Shown here piece by piece: positions 40,922-52,935 of a stretch of 64,000 nucleotides of DNA; the stretch's first letter is position 1; every line of letters begins with the position of its first letter. The stretch lies in the NCBI GenBank assembly GCA_021604725.1, contig BQJN01000005.1, forward strand, positions 614-64,613. The letters are read 5' to 3'. The notes under the pieces were generated by a model. The model made no database searches, was not told where the DNA came from, and saw nothing but the letters and a program-made list of their open reading frames with translations. This DNA comes from Lysobacteraceae bacterium (GTDB lineage Bacteria; Pseudomonadota; Gammaproteobacteria; Xanthomonadales; BQJN01). A program made the translations under genes and the position numbers.

Positions 40922-41992
40922 ATGTTCGTTAGTCGTCTGGACATCGTCGGTCTTCGCAATCTTGACGTAACTGAACTGCCGTTATCGCCCGGCCTGAATC
41001 TATTTCAGGGTGCCAACGGCGCTGGCAAGACAACAGTCGTAGAAGCATTGTTCATGCTTGGCCATGGACGTAGCTTTCGCGCCAGAAACCACACCGACCT
41101 GGTGGCCTACAATCGGAAACAGGCGACCATTTTCTGTCAACTGCAAGCCGACCACCGTACGCATCAACTGGGTTTGCAGAGGGATGCGTCTGGCACCGTA
41201 GTAAAGATTGACGGCGAATCAGCTTCGCTGGCAGATGCTGGCCGTCTATTGCCTCTGCGTCTATTTGAGCCCAATAGTCACGAACTTATTGATGGAGCGG
41301 CGGGTGGTCGTCGCCAGTTTCTGGACTGGGGCGTGTTCCACGTGGAACATTCGTTTCTGGCGGGTTGGCGCAGGTATCAGGCGGCGGTTCGGCACAGAAA
41401 TGCGCAGCTTAGGAAGGGCGCTTCGGATAGGGAGCTATCTGCATTCGAACCCGAATTAGCGCGGTTGGCATCACAGATAACGGAACAAAGGCGCAACTAC
41501 ATTGAACAGTTGGTGCCAGTTTTCGCATCGGTAGTTGAGGGGCTAACGTCCAAGCTGGATGTGAACCTCAAGTTTTATCAAGGTTGGGGCGAGGGTCAGT
41601 CATTGGCGGATCGTCTGGCTCAGGGACGTGTTGAAGATAGAAATCGCGGCCACATGATATCTGGCGCACATCGTGCCGACCTTAAGGTAATCGATGAACA
41701 TGGTACCGTCGTGCGCCGCTATTCGCGGGGACAAACCAAAGTAGTCGCTCTGGCCCTGGTGTTGGCGCAACTTCAGTTGCACACCACATTGACTGGAAAG
41801 AAGGCAGTGCTGTGCCTCGATGACGTTGCGGCCGAATTGGACGGTCTGCACCAGCAACGTTTGTTTTCCTGGTTAGACAATGAAAGACCGCAAGTTTTCG
41901 CAACCAGTGTCAACCGCCCAGAGCAACTAGACGCGTGGACTGGTGAGGTCGCAGTGTTCCACGTGGAACACGGAAAAATTCGCGCTGCGTGA
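40922..41992 (+). CDS. recF: DNA replication/repair protein RecF
   Basis: GANGAGKT, GRSFR, RRQFLDW, SRGQ, LDDVAAELD. Confidence 0.97.
   Translation: MFVSRLDIVGLRNLDVTELPLSPGLNLFQGANGAGKTTVVEALFMLGHGRSFRARNHTDLVAYNRKQATIFCQLQADHRTHQLGLQRDASGTVVKIDGESASLADAGRLLPLRLFEPNSHELIDGAAGGRRQFLDWGVFHVEHSFLAGWRRYQAAVRHRNAQLRKGASDRELSAFEPELARLASQITEQRRNYIEQLVPVFASVVEGLTSKLDVNLKFYQGWGEGQSLADRLAQGRVEDRNRGHMISGAHRADLKVIDEHGTVVRRYSRGQTKVVALALVLAQLQLHTTLTGKKAVLCLDDVAAELDGLHQQRLFSWLDNERPQVFATSVNRPEQLDAWTGEVAVFHVEHGKIRAA
41334..41349. other. parS centromere site 1
   Basis: Perfect palindrome TGTTCCACGTGGAACA inside recF. Confidence 0.92.
41955..41970. other. parS centromere site 2
   Basis: Perfect palindrome TGTTCCACGTGGAACA at the recF 3' end. 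Confidence 0.92.
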
Positions 41993-42014
41993 TACAATAC
42001 TCAATTGCTATTAA

Positions 42015-44483
<2,469 letters not shown>

Positions 44484-44488
44484 CAACA

Positions 44489-44501
44489 TAAGTTATTGAT
44501 T
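44489..44501. promoter_or_regulatory. IHF-binding consensus
   Basis: TAAGTTATTGATT fits YAANNNNTTGATW. Confidence 0.6.
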
Positions 44502-44507
44502 TTAAAC

Positions 44508-44533
44508 AAAAAGGCCGGTTCACCGGCCTTTTT
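44508..44533. terminator. Bidirectional intrinsic terminator
   Basis: AAAAAGGCCGGT-TC-ACCGGCCTTTTT after gyrB. Confidence 0.88.
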
Positions 44534-44555
44534 CTTGGGCCTAGGCGCTAAATTG

Positions 44556-44974
44556 GCCAGCCATTTTCAAGCCATTGAGAATGAAGGGTTTCAATGACCG
44601 CGTTACTTGAAGGCCGTGTCCACGTTCACCATGCATGGCTAATCGTGGACGACCACTAAATAGAGCGCGTCAACAGTTTACTTTTTTGGGCCAGCTCTAC
44701 CGGTCCACGGATGGGCCGGCATTTTCAAGTTATTGGAAATGAAGACCTTTCATAACCACGCTTCTGAAAGTTCGTGTCCGCGTTGGCCACGGATGGCTAA
44801 TCGTGGAGGACCATTAAATAGAGCGCGTCCACAGTTTACTTTTTTGGGCCAGCTCTACCGGTCCACGGATGGGCCGGCATTTTCAAGTTATTGGAAATGA
44901 AGAACTTTCATAACCACGCTTCTGAAAGTTCGTGTCCGCGTTGGCCATGGATGGCCAATCGTGGACGACCTTCA
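44556..44974 (+). repeat. Tandem array of family B elements (158-bp period, ~2.6 copies)
   Basis: CATTTTCAAG recurs at 44562, 44720, 44878; full units 44661-44816 and 44819-44974 are nearly identical and separated by AA; first unit partial and diverged. Confidence 0.92.
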
Positions 44975-45520
44975 AATAGGGTAACGCGCCAGCAATGTTT
45001 CGGCCGCAGAAGCCAGATCGCGATGTAGCGTCACGCCGTCAACGTCGGTGAGAAACCCGAGCGATGTTGAACCGCGGCCAGTTTTCACCAGGATGGCTCT
45101 CAACCCGCACTGACTGGCACTGACAATGTCTTCCTGACCATCACCGATGATCGTCACGGTGTCTCGCTCCACGCGGTAGCGTTCTATCAGATCCTCAAAC
45201 AGGTCCGCTTTACTTTGAATCTCAGTCTTGGAGCGGCGAGCGACTTTAGGTGCAAAAACCACCGCGTCAATTTTACCCCCGGCCTCTTGCACGGCACCCA
45301 ACATGGCCTCATCGATCGCATGAAGTGTTTCTACGTTTAGCGCCTTGCGACCCAGGCCACCTTGATTGGTGGCGATCACCACGGCAAACCCCCCTTGTGA
45401 CAGTTTGGCGATCGCTTCGACGCTACCAGGGATCGGCTTCCAATCCTTGATCGCGCGCAAGCCGCCATCTACGACCTCGTTGACGACGCCGTCACGCCCC
45501 AGTATAACCAGGCCCCTCAT
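44972..45520 (-). CDS. GmhB-like HAD-IIIA protein with degenerate active site
   Basis: ILGRDGVVN, WKPIPGSVEAIA, ATNQGG, IGD, VKTGRG; downstream of glyQS as is usual for gmhB. Confidence 0.8.
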   Translation of the reverse strand: MRGLVILGRDGVVNEVVDGGLRAIKDWKPIPGSVEAIAKLSQGGFAVVIATNQGGLGRKALNVETLHAIDEAMLGAVQEAGGKIDAVVFAPKVARRSKTEIQSKADLFEDLIERYRVERDTVTIIGDGQEDIVSASQCGLRAILVKTGRGSTSLGFLTDVDGVTLHRDLASAAETLLARYPI

Positions 45521-47598
45521 CGTGCAATCTGGCCGACGTCAGCCACTTTCAGGAACAAGTTCTGCAGCCTTTGCAGTAGCGCCATTCGGTTGGCGCGGAC
45601 CGCAACATCATCGGCCATCACCAGAACTTGATCAAAAAAGATATCAACGGGTTCGCCCAGACCGGCCAGGGCCGATAGCGCCGCCTCGTAATTGCGCTGA
45701 TCAGCAAGAGCATCGGCTGAACTGGACACGGCCTCGAGGGCTTCGGCCAGCGCTTTCTCCGCATCCTCCGTGAGCAGATCTTCTGACAAATTGCCCACAT
45801 CTGCATCGAACTTGCGCAAAATGTTGGTAATTCGCTTGTTTGCGGCGCACAAATTATCAGCCGCCGGGAGCCGCAAGAAAGCGGCGACCGCTTCACTGCG
45901 TGCCACAAAATCGTTGAGCTCCGAGGGTCGAACAGCTAACACCGAGTTGAAAACCTCTGAATCGATACCTCGCTCGGACAGGTAGCCACGAAGACGTTCA
46001 AATATAAAGTCGCCAACTTCGCTGACAATAGCCGCATGATCGATGCCATTTATCGAAATGTTGCCAACAGCCTTGCTCAATGCCTGGTCCAAATCAAAGC
46101 GGTCACCCCCTTCGATCGCCGTCCGAATAAGCCCTAATGCGGCGCGGCGCAGGGCGTATGGATCGCGAGTTCCGGACGGCTTCATGCCCACCGCGAAAAT
46201 ACCGCACAGCGAATCGAGTCGCTCAGCCACCGCCAAACAGCGACCAACACCACTGGTGGCAATTGCGTCGCCGGCGAATGAGGGCAAGTACTGCTCGCGC
46301 AGCGCCAATGCGATTTGCTCGTCTATGCCTTCGGCAGTGGCATAGTAAGCGCCCATGATGCCTTGCAGCTCTGGGAATTCACCGACCATCTGGGTCAACA
46401 AATCACACTTGCCCAACTCAGCCGCGCGGATTGCCTTGTCGGCATCGGCGCCAAAATCGTTGGCAAGTTCTGCGCACAATCTAGAGACACGCTGACTCTT
46501 GTCCTTGAGCGTACCCAACTTTTTCTGATAGACCATACTGGCCAGGGCCGGCAGGTGGTCGGATAGCGGCGTTTTAAGATCAACGTCAAAGAAAAACTTG
46601 GCATCGGCCAAGCGCGGACGAATAACCCGCTCGTAGCCGCGCCTAATCTCATTGGCATCTTTGCTTTCAATATTGGCAACCCCAATAAAATCTGCACGCA
46701 ATGCACCCTCGGCATCGCGTAACGCAAAGAATCGCTGATGAACCTCCATCGAAGAAATCAAGGCTTCCTCGGGCACTTCCAGAAAGGCTTGATCAAAGCT
46801 GCCACTAATCGCTACCGGCCACTCAACCAGACAAGCCACTTCGGTTAGCAACTCATCACTCAATTGAGCAGTCGCTCCCATGTCGTCGGCAATTACTGCA
46901 ATCTGGGATTCAATCTTTTCGCGTCGCTTGGTAGTAGATGCGATGACAAAGGCTTGTTCCAGGGCGGATTCATAAGCGTCGGCCGACTCTATTTGAATCG
47001 GCTCCGGATGGTGAAAGCGATGACCCTGCGAGCTCGCGCCAAACGGCCGACCGAACAATTCGCCGGAGATCGCTTGATCACCATGCATGGCGATGACCCA
47101 ATGCACAGGCCGAACAAATCGATGCTCGTAGTTTCCCCAACGCATGAGCTTGGGAACGGGCAGTTTGGCGGTCACCTCGCTGATCATGGCAGGCAACAAT
47201 GAAGCCAGGCTTTGACCAACAATGCTCTGTACGAAGCCGAGCCGCTGCCCCTTGTCCGTCTCAACCCGCTGCAGCTGCGAAACGTCACTGGCTCCGACCG
47301 ATCGAGCAAAGCCGATCGCCGCAGGTTTTGGCTTGCCATCTGCATCGAACGCGGCGGCTACTGGCGGACCGAGCTTTTGTTCCTTACGGTCGGCCTGACG
47401 CTCAGCTACATTGCTTATTCGAACGGCCAGGCGACGCGGCGTTTCAAAAGACTCTACGCTTGCGTCATCATCAACCAGGTCAGCGCTGCGCAAGGCAGCG
47501 AACAGGCCATCGGTCAATGCACGCGACAGCGAAAGCAAGGCCTTGGGCGGCAACTCTTCAGTGCCAATTTCGACCAATAAAGACGCCCGATCGCTCAT
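45517..47598 (-). CDS. glyS: Glycine-tRNA ligase beta subunit
   Basis: [39 protein letters not shown]. Confidence 0.98.
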   Translation of the reverse strand: MSDRASLLVEIGTEELPPKALLSLSRALTDGLFAALRSADLVDDDASVESFETPRRLAVRISNVAERQADRKEQKLGPPVAAAFDADGKPKPAAIGFARSVGASDVSQLQRVETDKGQRLGFVQSIVGQSLASLLPAMISEVTAKLPVPKLMRWGNYEHRFVRPVHWVIAMHGDQAISGELFGRPFGASSQGHRFHHPEPIQIESADAYESALEQAFVIASTTKRREKIESQIAVIADDMGATAQLSDELLTEVACLVEWPVAISGSFDQAFLEVPEEALISSMEVHQRFFALRDAEGALRADFIGVANIESKDANEIRRGYERVIRPRLADAKFFFDVDLKTPLSDHLPALASMVYQKKLGTLKDKSQRVSRLCAELANDFGADADKAIRAAELGKCDLLTQMVGEFPELQGIMGAYYATAEGIDEQIALALREQYLPSFAGDAIATSGVGRCLAVAERLDSLCGIFAVGMKPSGTRDPYALRRAALGLIRTAIEGGDRFDLDQALSKAVGNISINGIDHAAIVSEVGDFIFERLRGYLSERGIDSEVFNSVLAVRPSELNDFVARSEAVAAFLRLPAADNLCAANKRITNILRKFDADVGNLSEDLLTEDAEKALAEALEAVSSSADALADQRNYEAALSALAGLGEPVDIFFDQVLVMADDVAVRANRMALLQRLQNLFLKVADVGQIAR

Positions 47599-48476
47599 GC
47601 TGCGTCCTCCTCGATGCCGACATAATGGACGGCCACGGCTCTGGCCATTTCTCTCACTCGCAGGATGTACCGTTGCCGCTCGGTCACAGATATGGCGTTT
47701 CGGGCATCCAGCAAGTTGAATGCATGCGAGGCTTTCAGAACATACTCATAGGCAGGCAAGGCCAGCTTCTTTTCCAGCAAGCTATGACACTGCGCTTCGA
47801 ATTGGTCAAAGTGGCCAAATAGCATCTGCGTATCGGCAAGCTCGTAGTTGAACGTCGACATCTCGACTTCATTGCGATGGAAAACGTCGCCGTAGCTGAT
47901 TCTTTCGTCGCCGTGGGTGGCCCACACCAGGTCATACACGTTATCGACATCCATCAAATACATGGCGATGCGCTCCAGACCGTAGGTGATTTCACCGGTA
48001 ACCGGTTTGCAATCAAGGCCGCCGGCCTGCTGGAAGTAAGTAAACTGCGTGACCTCCATGCCGTTGAGCCAAACTTCCCAACCCAGGCCCCAGGCACCCA
48101 AGGTTGGCGACTCCCAGTTATCTTCGACAAATCGAATGTCATGGACCAGCGGGTCGATACCCAGACTTTTCAGTGAATCCAGATACAGTTCCTGGATATT
48201 CTCTGGTGAAGGTTTCAGCACCACCTGAAACTGATAGTAGTGCTGCAGACGGTTCGGGTTTTCGCCGTAGCGGCCATCACCCGGTCGCCGACAGGGCTGC
48301 ACATAGGCGCTGCGCCAGCTGTCAGGCCCGAGAGCTCGCAGAAACGTGGCCGGGTGAAAGGTGCCGGCACCTACTTCAAGGTCTATGGGCTGCACAATGG
48401 CGCAACCTTGATTGGCCCAGTAGCGCTGAAGGGTCAGGATCAAATCCTGAAACGTATTTATCTGTGTCGCTTCCAT
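47595..48476 (-). CDS. glyQ: Glycine-tRNA ligase alpha subunit
   Basis: [34 protein letters not shown]. Confidence 0.98.
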   Translation of the reverse strand: MEATQINTFQDLILTLQRYWANQGCAIVQPIDLEVGAGTFHPATFLRALGPDSWRSAYVQPCRRPGDGRYGENPNRLQHYYQFQVVLKPSPENIQELYLDSLKSLGIDPLVHDIRFVEDNWESPTLGAWGLGWEVWLNGMEVTQFTYFQQAGGLDCKPVTGEITYGLERIAMYLMDVDNVYDLVWATHGDERISYGDVFHRNEVEMSTFNYELADTQMLFGHFDQFEAQCHSLLEKKLALPAYEYVLKASHAFNLLDARNAISVTERQRYILRVREMARAVAVHYVGIEEDAA

Positions 48477-48679
48477 CGAAAATTCTTGAACTTGCAAGGC
48501 GGCCGGATAGTTTACCTAGCAGGGGGCTGAAATACACGGCAAGTCGCCGATTGAAGCGGTCAATTGTCAACAAATGGCTGCAAACAGGGCTCGGTATCCA
48601 CCAAGATGGCTAGCAATTGGCGATTAATTGGTCTGGAAAACGCTACAATCGATGTCATGTCGACCATGAGCCCCAAGCA

Positions 48680-50515
48680 ATGAGCACCAAGGCCAAACAA
48701 CGCGACCCTGTTTCCAATGCTGTGCGGTCAGCCGCTGGCGCCGTTCGCTTCAACGGTCGTCTGAATCTTGCAGACACGCTCAAAGGCCTCGTTCAGGATG
48801 GTTTAATCACGGAAAAAGAAGGCCTGGCCGTTCGCGCTCAGGTATCTGGCGAGAACCGTGTTGATATCCATCCAATGGTGCTGATCGCCAATCAAAAGCT
48901 GACCAACCATCAGAGCAACAAACCGCTGACACTGGAAATCCTGACTCAGTGGTTAAGCACGCGTTCTGGTCTGCCCTATTTAAAAATCGACGTGATGAAG
49001 ATTGATGTGGCGCGCGTCACTGACGTCATTTCGCACGCCTATGCCTCTCGCTATCGAATTTTGCCGATCAGCGTCAGCTCAGAACAGGTCCAGTTTGCGA
49101 CCAGTGAGCCGTTTGCCACCGATTGGATCGACGACCTGAAACATATCCTCAGGCGCGATATTGACCTCTGCGTTGCCAGCCCAGTCGACATCAATCGCTA
49201 TTTGATGGAGTTCTACGGCGTCAATCGTTCGGTGAAAAAAGCCAGCGATGCGAAAATGACGGCTGAGGGCGATGCTGTCATCAATTTTGAGCAGCTGTTG
49301 AACCTGGGAGAGGCCGGCAAGCTAGGTGCTGACGATCACCACATCGTGCATATCGTGGACTGGTTGTTGCAGTTTGCCTTTGAGCAGCGCGCATCGGATA
49401 TCCACCTTGAACCGCGGCGCGAAATGTCCAATATCCGTTTTCGCATCGATGGCCACTTGCACACGGTGTACAAAATACCGACGCCAGTGATGGCTGCGGT
49501 GACTAGCCGCATCAAGATCCTGGGGCGCATGGATGTGGCAGAAAAGCGTCGACCTCAGGATGGTCGCATCAAGACACGCACGCCAATTGGTCAGGAAGTA
49601 GAGCTGCGCCTGTCAACCATGCCTACCGCGTTTGGTGAAAAGTGCGTGATGCGCATTTTCGATCCGGAAGTGGTGGCCAAGGACTTTGGCTACCTCGGTT
49701 TCAGTCAACGCGAAACCGAAATTTGGCGCCACATGATCGAACGCCCGCACGGTATCGTTTTGGTCACTGGCCCCACCGGATCGGGCAAGACCACCACGCT
49801 TTACTCAACGCTGAAGTATCTGGCTCGACCGGATCTGAACTTGTGCACCATTGAAGATCCGATCGAAATGGTCTCCGGCGACTTCAACCAAATGCAAGTC
49901 CACCACGCCATCGGCCTCGATTTCGCCGCCGGTGTGCGCACGCTGATGAGACAGGACCCGGACATCATCATGGTTGGAGAGATTCGCGACCTGGAGACGG
50001 CGCAAATGGCGATTCAAGCGTCACTCACCGGTCATCTGGTGCTGTCGACCTTGCACACCAATGACGCGCCCTCGGCCCTGGTTCGGTTATTGAACATCGG
50101 TGTTCCGCACTATTTGCTGCAAGGCACGCTGGCCGGCATCACCGCGCAACGACTGGTTAGAACACTGTGTCCGCACTGCCGCAAACCGACCGATACCGAT
50201 ACCGATGAATGGGAGTCGCTGGTCCATCCATGGACGGCAAAGCCTCCAAAGCAGGTGATGAAGGGCGTTGGCTGCGTGGAGTGTCGCAAGACCGGCTTCC
50301 TGGGTCGAACCGGCATCTACGAGATGCTGCCATTTGATCAAAAAATGCGCGACGCTGTACGCGCCGACTCCGGCATCAGCGAGCTACAGAAAGTTGCCCG
50401 GGAAGAGGGCATGCGACCACTGCGCCTGGGTGCCGCTGAATTGGTGGGCAAAGGAAAAAGTACCATTGCCGAGGTGTCCAAGGTGTTGCCGCCGGAGTAC
50501 AGCACTTCGACATGA
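48680..50515 (+). CDS. GspE/PulE/PilB-family ATPase, stand-alone
   Basis: ASDIHLEP, PQDGR, GPTGSGKTTT, EDPIE, RQDPD, LHTND, CPHC/CVEC Zn site. Confidence 0.93.
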   Translation: MSTKAKQRDPVSNAVRSAAGAVRFNGRLNLADTLKGLVQDGLITEKEGLAVRAQVSGENRVDIHPMVLIANQKLTNHQSNKPLTLEILTQWLSTRSGLPYLKIDVMKIDVARVTDVISHAYASRYRILPISVSSEQVQFATSEPFATDWIDDLKHILRRDIDLCVASPVDINRYLMEFYGVNRSVKKASDAKMTAEGDAVINFEQLLNLGEAGKLGADDHHIVHIVDWLLQFAFEQRASDIHLEPRREMSNIRFRIDGHLHTVYKIPTPVMAAVTSRIKILGRMDVAEKRRPQDGRIKTRTPIGQEVELRLSTMPTAFGEKCVMRIFDPEVVAKDFGYLGFSQRETEIWRHMIERPHGIVLVTGPTGSGKTTTLYSTLKYLARPDLNLCTIEDPIEMVSGDFNQMQVHHAIGLDFAAGVRTLMRQDPDIIMVGEIRDLETAQMAIQASLTGHLVLSTLHTNDAPSALVRLLNIGVPHYLLQGTLAGITAQRLVRTLCPHCRKPTDTDTDEWESLVHPWTAKPPKQVMKGVGCVECRKTGFLGRTGIYEMLPFDQKMRDAVRADSGISELQKVAREEGMRPLRLGAAELVGKGKSTIAEVSKVLPPEYSTST

Positions 50516-51234
50516 CACAGGTTCTATTAATCCAAACCGGCAACACCTTGCCGAGCATTGCCGAGAAGGAAGAGGATTTTGACCTTTGGTTCAAACGCAG
50601 CATGGCACCCGCTGTGCTCGACGTTCGACAAGTCCACAATCAACAGGCTTTGCCCGATCCGGGCCAGGTTACCGCAGCGGTCGTTACCGGTTCTCCGGCG
50701 ATGGTCAGCCATCGACATCCATGGTCTGAACAAACAGCGGCATGGATACGAGAATTCGTGCCCTTGGGTCGACCATTGCTGGGGGTCTGTTATGGGCACC
50801 AACTCATAGCCCACGCACTGGGCGGCATGGTTGGACCCAACCCGCATGGTCGCGGCATTGGTACCGTTGGCGTCACGTTTGAATCAACGGCAAGCGGTGA
50901 TGCGCTGTTCGGCGGCTTGGTTGGTGCTACCGTGAATGCACAAATCAGTCACGTTGAAGCTGTTCTAGAGCGGCCACCAGGCGCTGTGGCAATTGGTCGA
51001 TGCGATCATGATCCCAATCACGTGTTGCAGTTTGGGCCGTGTACATGGGGCGTACAGTTTCACCCAGAGTTTACAGAATCGATCACTCGTGGCTACGTAC
51101 AAGGACGGATCCAGGCACTGCAAGCTGAAGGTATCGATACTGACGCCGTTATGGCTAGTATCGTAGACACGCCGGTCGCAGCGGCGTTATTGAGCAAATT
51201 TATTGAGATTGTGGGAATCAGAAATGCCGCATAG
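50512..51234 (+). CDS. Class I glutamine amidotransferase (GMP-synthase-like)
   Basis: VTGSP, GVCYGHQ, VQFHPE catalytic triad. Confidence 0.9.
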   Translation: MTQVLLIQTGNTLPSIAEKEEDFDLWFKRSMAPAVLDVRQVHNQQALPDPGQVTAAVVTGSPAMVSHRHPWSEQTAAWIREFVPLGRPLLGVCYGHQLIAHALGGMVGPNPHGRGIGTVGVTFESTASGDALFGGLVGATVNAQISHVEAVLERPPGAVAIGRCDHDPNHVLQFGPCTWGVQFHPEFTESITRGYVQGRIQALQAEGIDTDAVMASIVDTPVAAALLSKFIEIVGIRNAA

Positions 51235-52840
51235 TCAGTTGTTAACAAGCCTGGTTCTGGCATTTTTCCTGAACCAAACCGCTCTGGCAGAGACCGTCGT
51301 CGAGATCCATCCCAGCGATTTGCAGCAGGTAAGGCAAATGCTGCAGGCAAACCCGCTGACAACGACAACGGACCGCGGCAACATTGTACTGATGCGGCTT
51401 GATGATTCGCAGCGTCAGCTGCTGCAACAAAGCGCTATCAATTTTCGTGTAAATACCGATGAAACCCTGGCCTTCAATGCCGACCTGGCCGTTCGTGGCG
51501 TTGGTACCATTCCCGGCTATGCCTGCTATCGAACGGTAGAACAAACATACGCTGATCTGGCCGATCTGGCTGCTGCCAATCCGACGCTGGCGAGCTGGCA
51601 TGACATTGGCGATAGTTGGGAAAAAGCTCAAGGCCTGGGTGGTCATGACGTTATGGCGCTGACCATTTCCGCCAACAGTGGCACATTGGGTGGAAAAGCG
51701 CCGCTGGTCATCATCGCGGCGATGCATGCACGGGAATTGGTTACGGCGGAGACTGCAACTCGTTTCGCCGAACACCTGATCAACAACTATGGATCAGATC
51801 CGGATATCACCTGGATCCTGGACCACCGCATCATTCACATCGTTCCACAGCTCAATCCCGATGGTCGGTTGGACGTCGAACAAGGCGATCTGTGGCGGCG
51901 CAAGAACGCCGATGTCGACTGGTGTCCGACCGATGACTTTGGTGTGGATCTGAATCGAAACTCTAGTTTTGCCTTTGGTGGCGGTGGGTCATCGGGATTC
52001 TCTTGCGATCCAACGTTTCGCGGACCCTCGGCGGCTTCGGAACCCGAAATTGCTGCCATCGAAGCGGCAATGGTCAATTGGTTTGAAGACCAAAGAGGCA
52101 CGTCAATTAACGACCCGGCGCCGGCCGATACCGAAGGCGTATTCATTTCCTTGCATTCATATGGACAACTGGTTCTGTTTGCCTGGGAATTCGACGATAT
52201 GCCTGCTCCGAACAAGACAGAGATGGAAACCCTGGCCCGGAAATTCGGTTACTACAACGACTATCAGGCCTGCCAGGATTGCCTGTACTCGGCAGCTGGC
52301 ACGACGCCTGATCAGGCCTATGGTGAATATGGTGTTGCTGCGTACACATTCGAATTGGGAACCAGCTTTCATCAAAGTTGCAACGCGTTCGAAAACACCA
52401 TCTATCCCGACAACCTGGAGGCCCTGGTGTATGCAGCGAAGGCCGCGCGACGTCCCTATCAGGAACCACAAGGCCCAGAGGCTTATAGTGTTGCCATTGA
52501 AAAGCCACTCGGTGAAGCGATGGCTACATTGACTGCGGTAGTTGACGACACCCGTTTCGACAGCAATGGCTGGGGCAACGAACCCGTGCAGACGATCGCC
52601 AGTGTGGTCTACAGTATCGATGTTGCGCCCTGGATGGCTGCCGGTACTGCGATGCAGCCGGTTGATGGCACTTTCGACAATTCTGTTGAAGCCGTGACAG
52701 CGAGTATAGACACCAGTGCGTTGGCCTATGGTGACCATCTGGTCTACGTCGCCGCCACTGACAGCAATGGCAATACCGGTGTGCCGACGGCCGTGTTCCT
52801 GCATGTCGATGATGTGTTTTTCTTGGGCAACTTCGACTAA
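51224..52840 (+). CDS. Secreted M14-family zinc carboxypeptidase
   Basis: Signal peptide; HARE, NPDG, WRRKN, GVDLNRN, LHSYG, FELG; Ig-like C-terminal domain. Confidence 0.9.
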   Translation: MPHSQLLTSLVLAFFLNQTALAETVVEIHPSDLQQVRQMLQANPLTTTTDRGNIVLMRLDDSQRQLLQQSAINFRVNTDETLAFNADLAVRGVGTIPGYACYRTVEQTYADLADLAAANPTLASWHDIGDSWEKAQGLGGHDVMALTISANSGTLGGKAPLVIIAAMHARELVTAETATRFAEHLINNYGSDPDITWILDHRIIHIVPQLNPDGRLDVEQGDLWRRKNADVDWCPTDDFGVDLNRNSSFAFGGGGSSGFSCDPTFRGPSAASEPEIAAIEAAMVNWFEDQRGTSINDPAPADTEGVFISLHSYGQLVLFAWEFDDMPAPNKTEMETLARKFGYYNDYQACQDCLYSAAGTTPDQAYGEYGVAAYTFELGTSFHQSCNAFENTIYPDNLEALVYAAKAARRPYQEPQGPEAYSVAIEKPLGEAMATLTAVVDDTRFDSNGWGNEPVQTIASVVYSIDVAPWMAAGTAMQPVDGTFDNSVEAVTASIDTSALAYGDHLVYVAATDSNGNTGVPTAVFLHVDDVFFLGNFD

Positions 52841-52935
52841 GAGCAACTCGAAATCGGCAGTGGCGTGGCTGGCTTCGCCTATCGCTGTCCATATTTGACT
52901 AGTATGCTGCGGTGGTGAACGTAGACTTCATCACC

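Noticed and set aside
44556-44974. CRISPR array
   Set aside because: Whole 158-bp units repeat with no unique spacers, and there are no cas genes.
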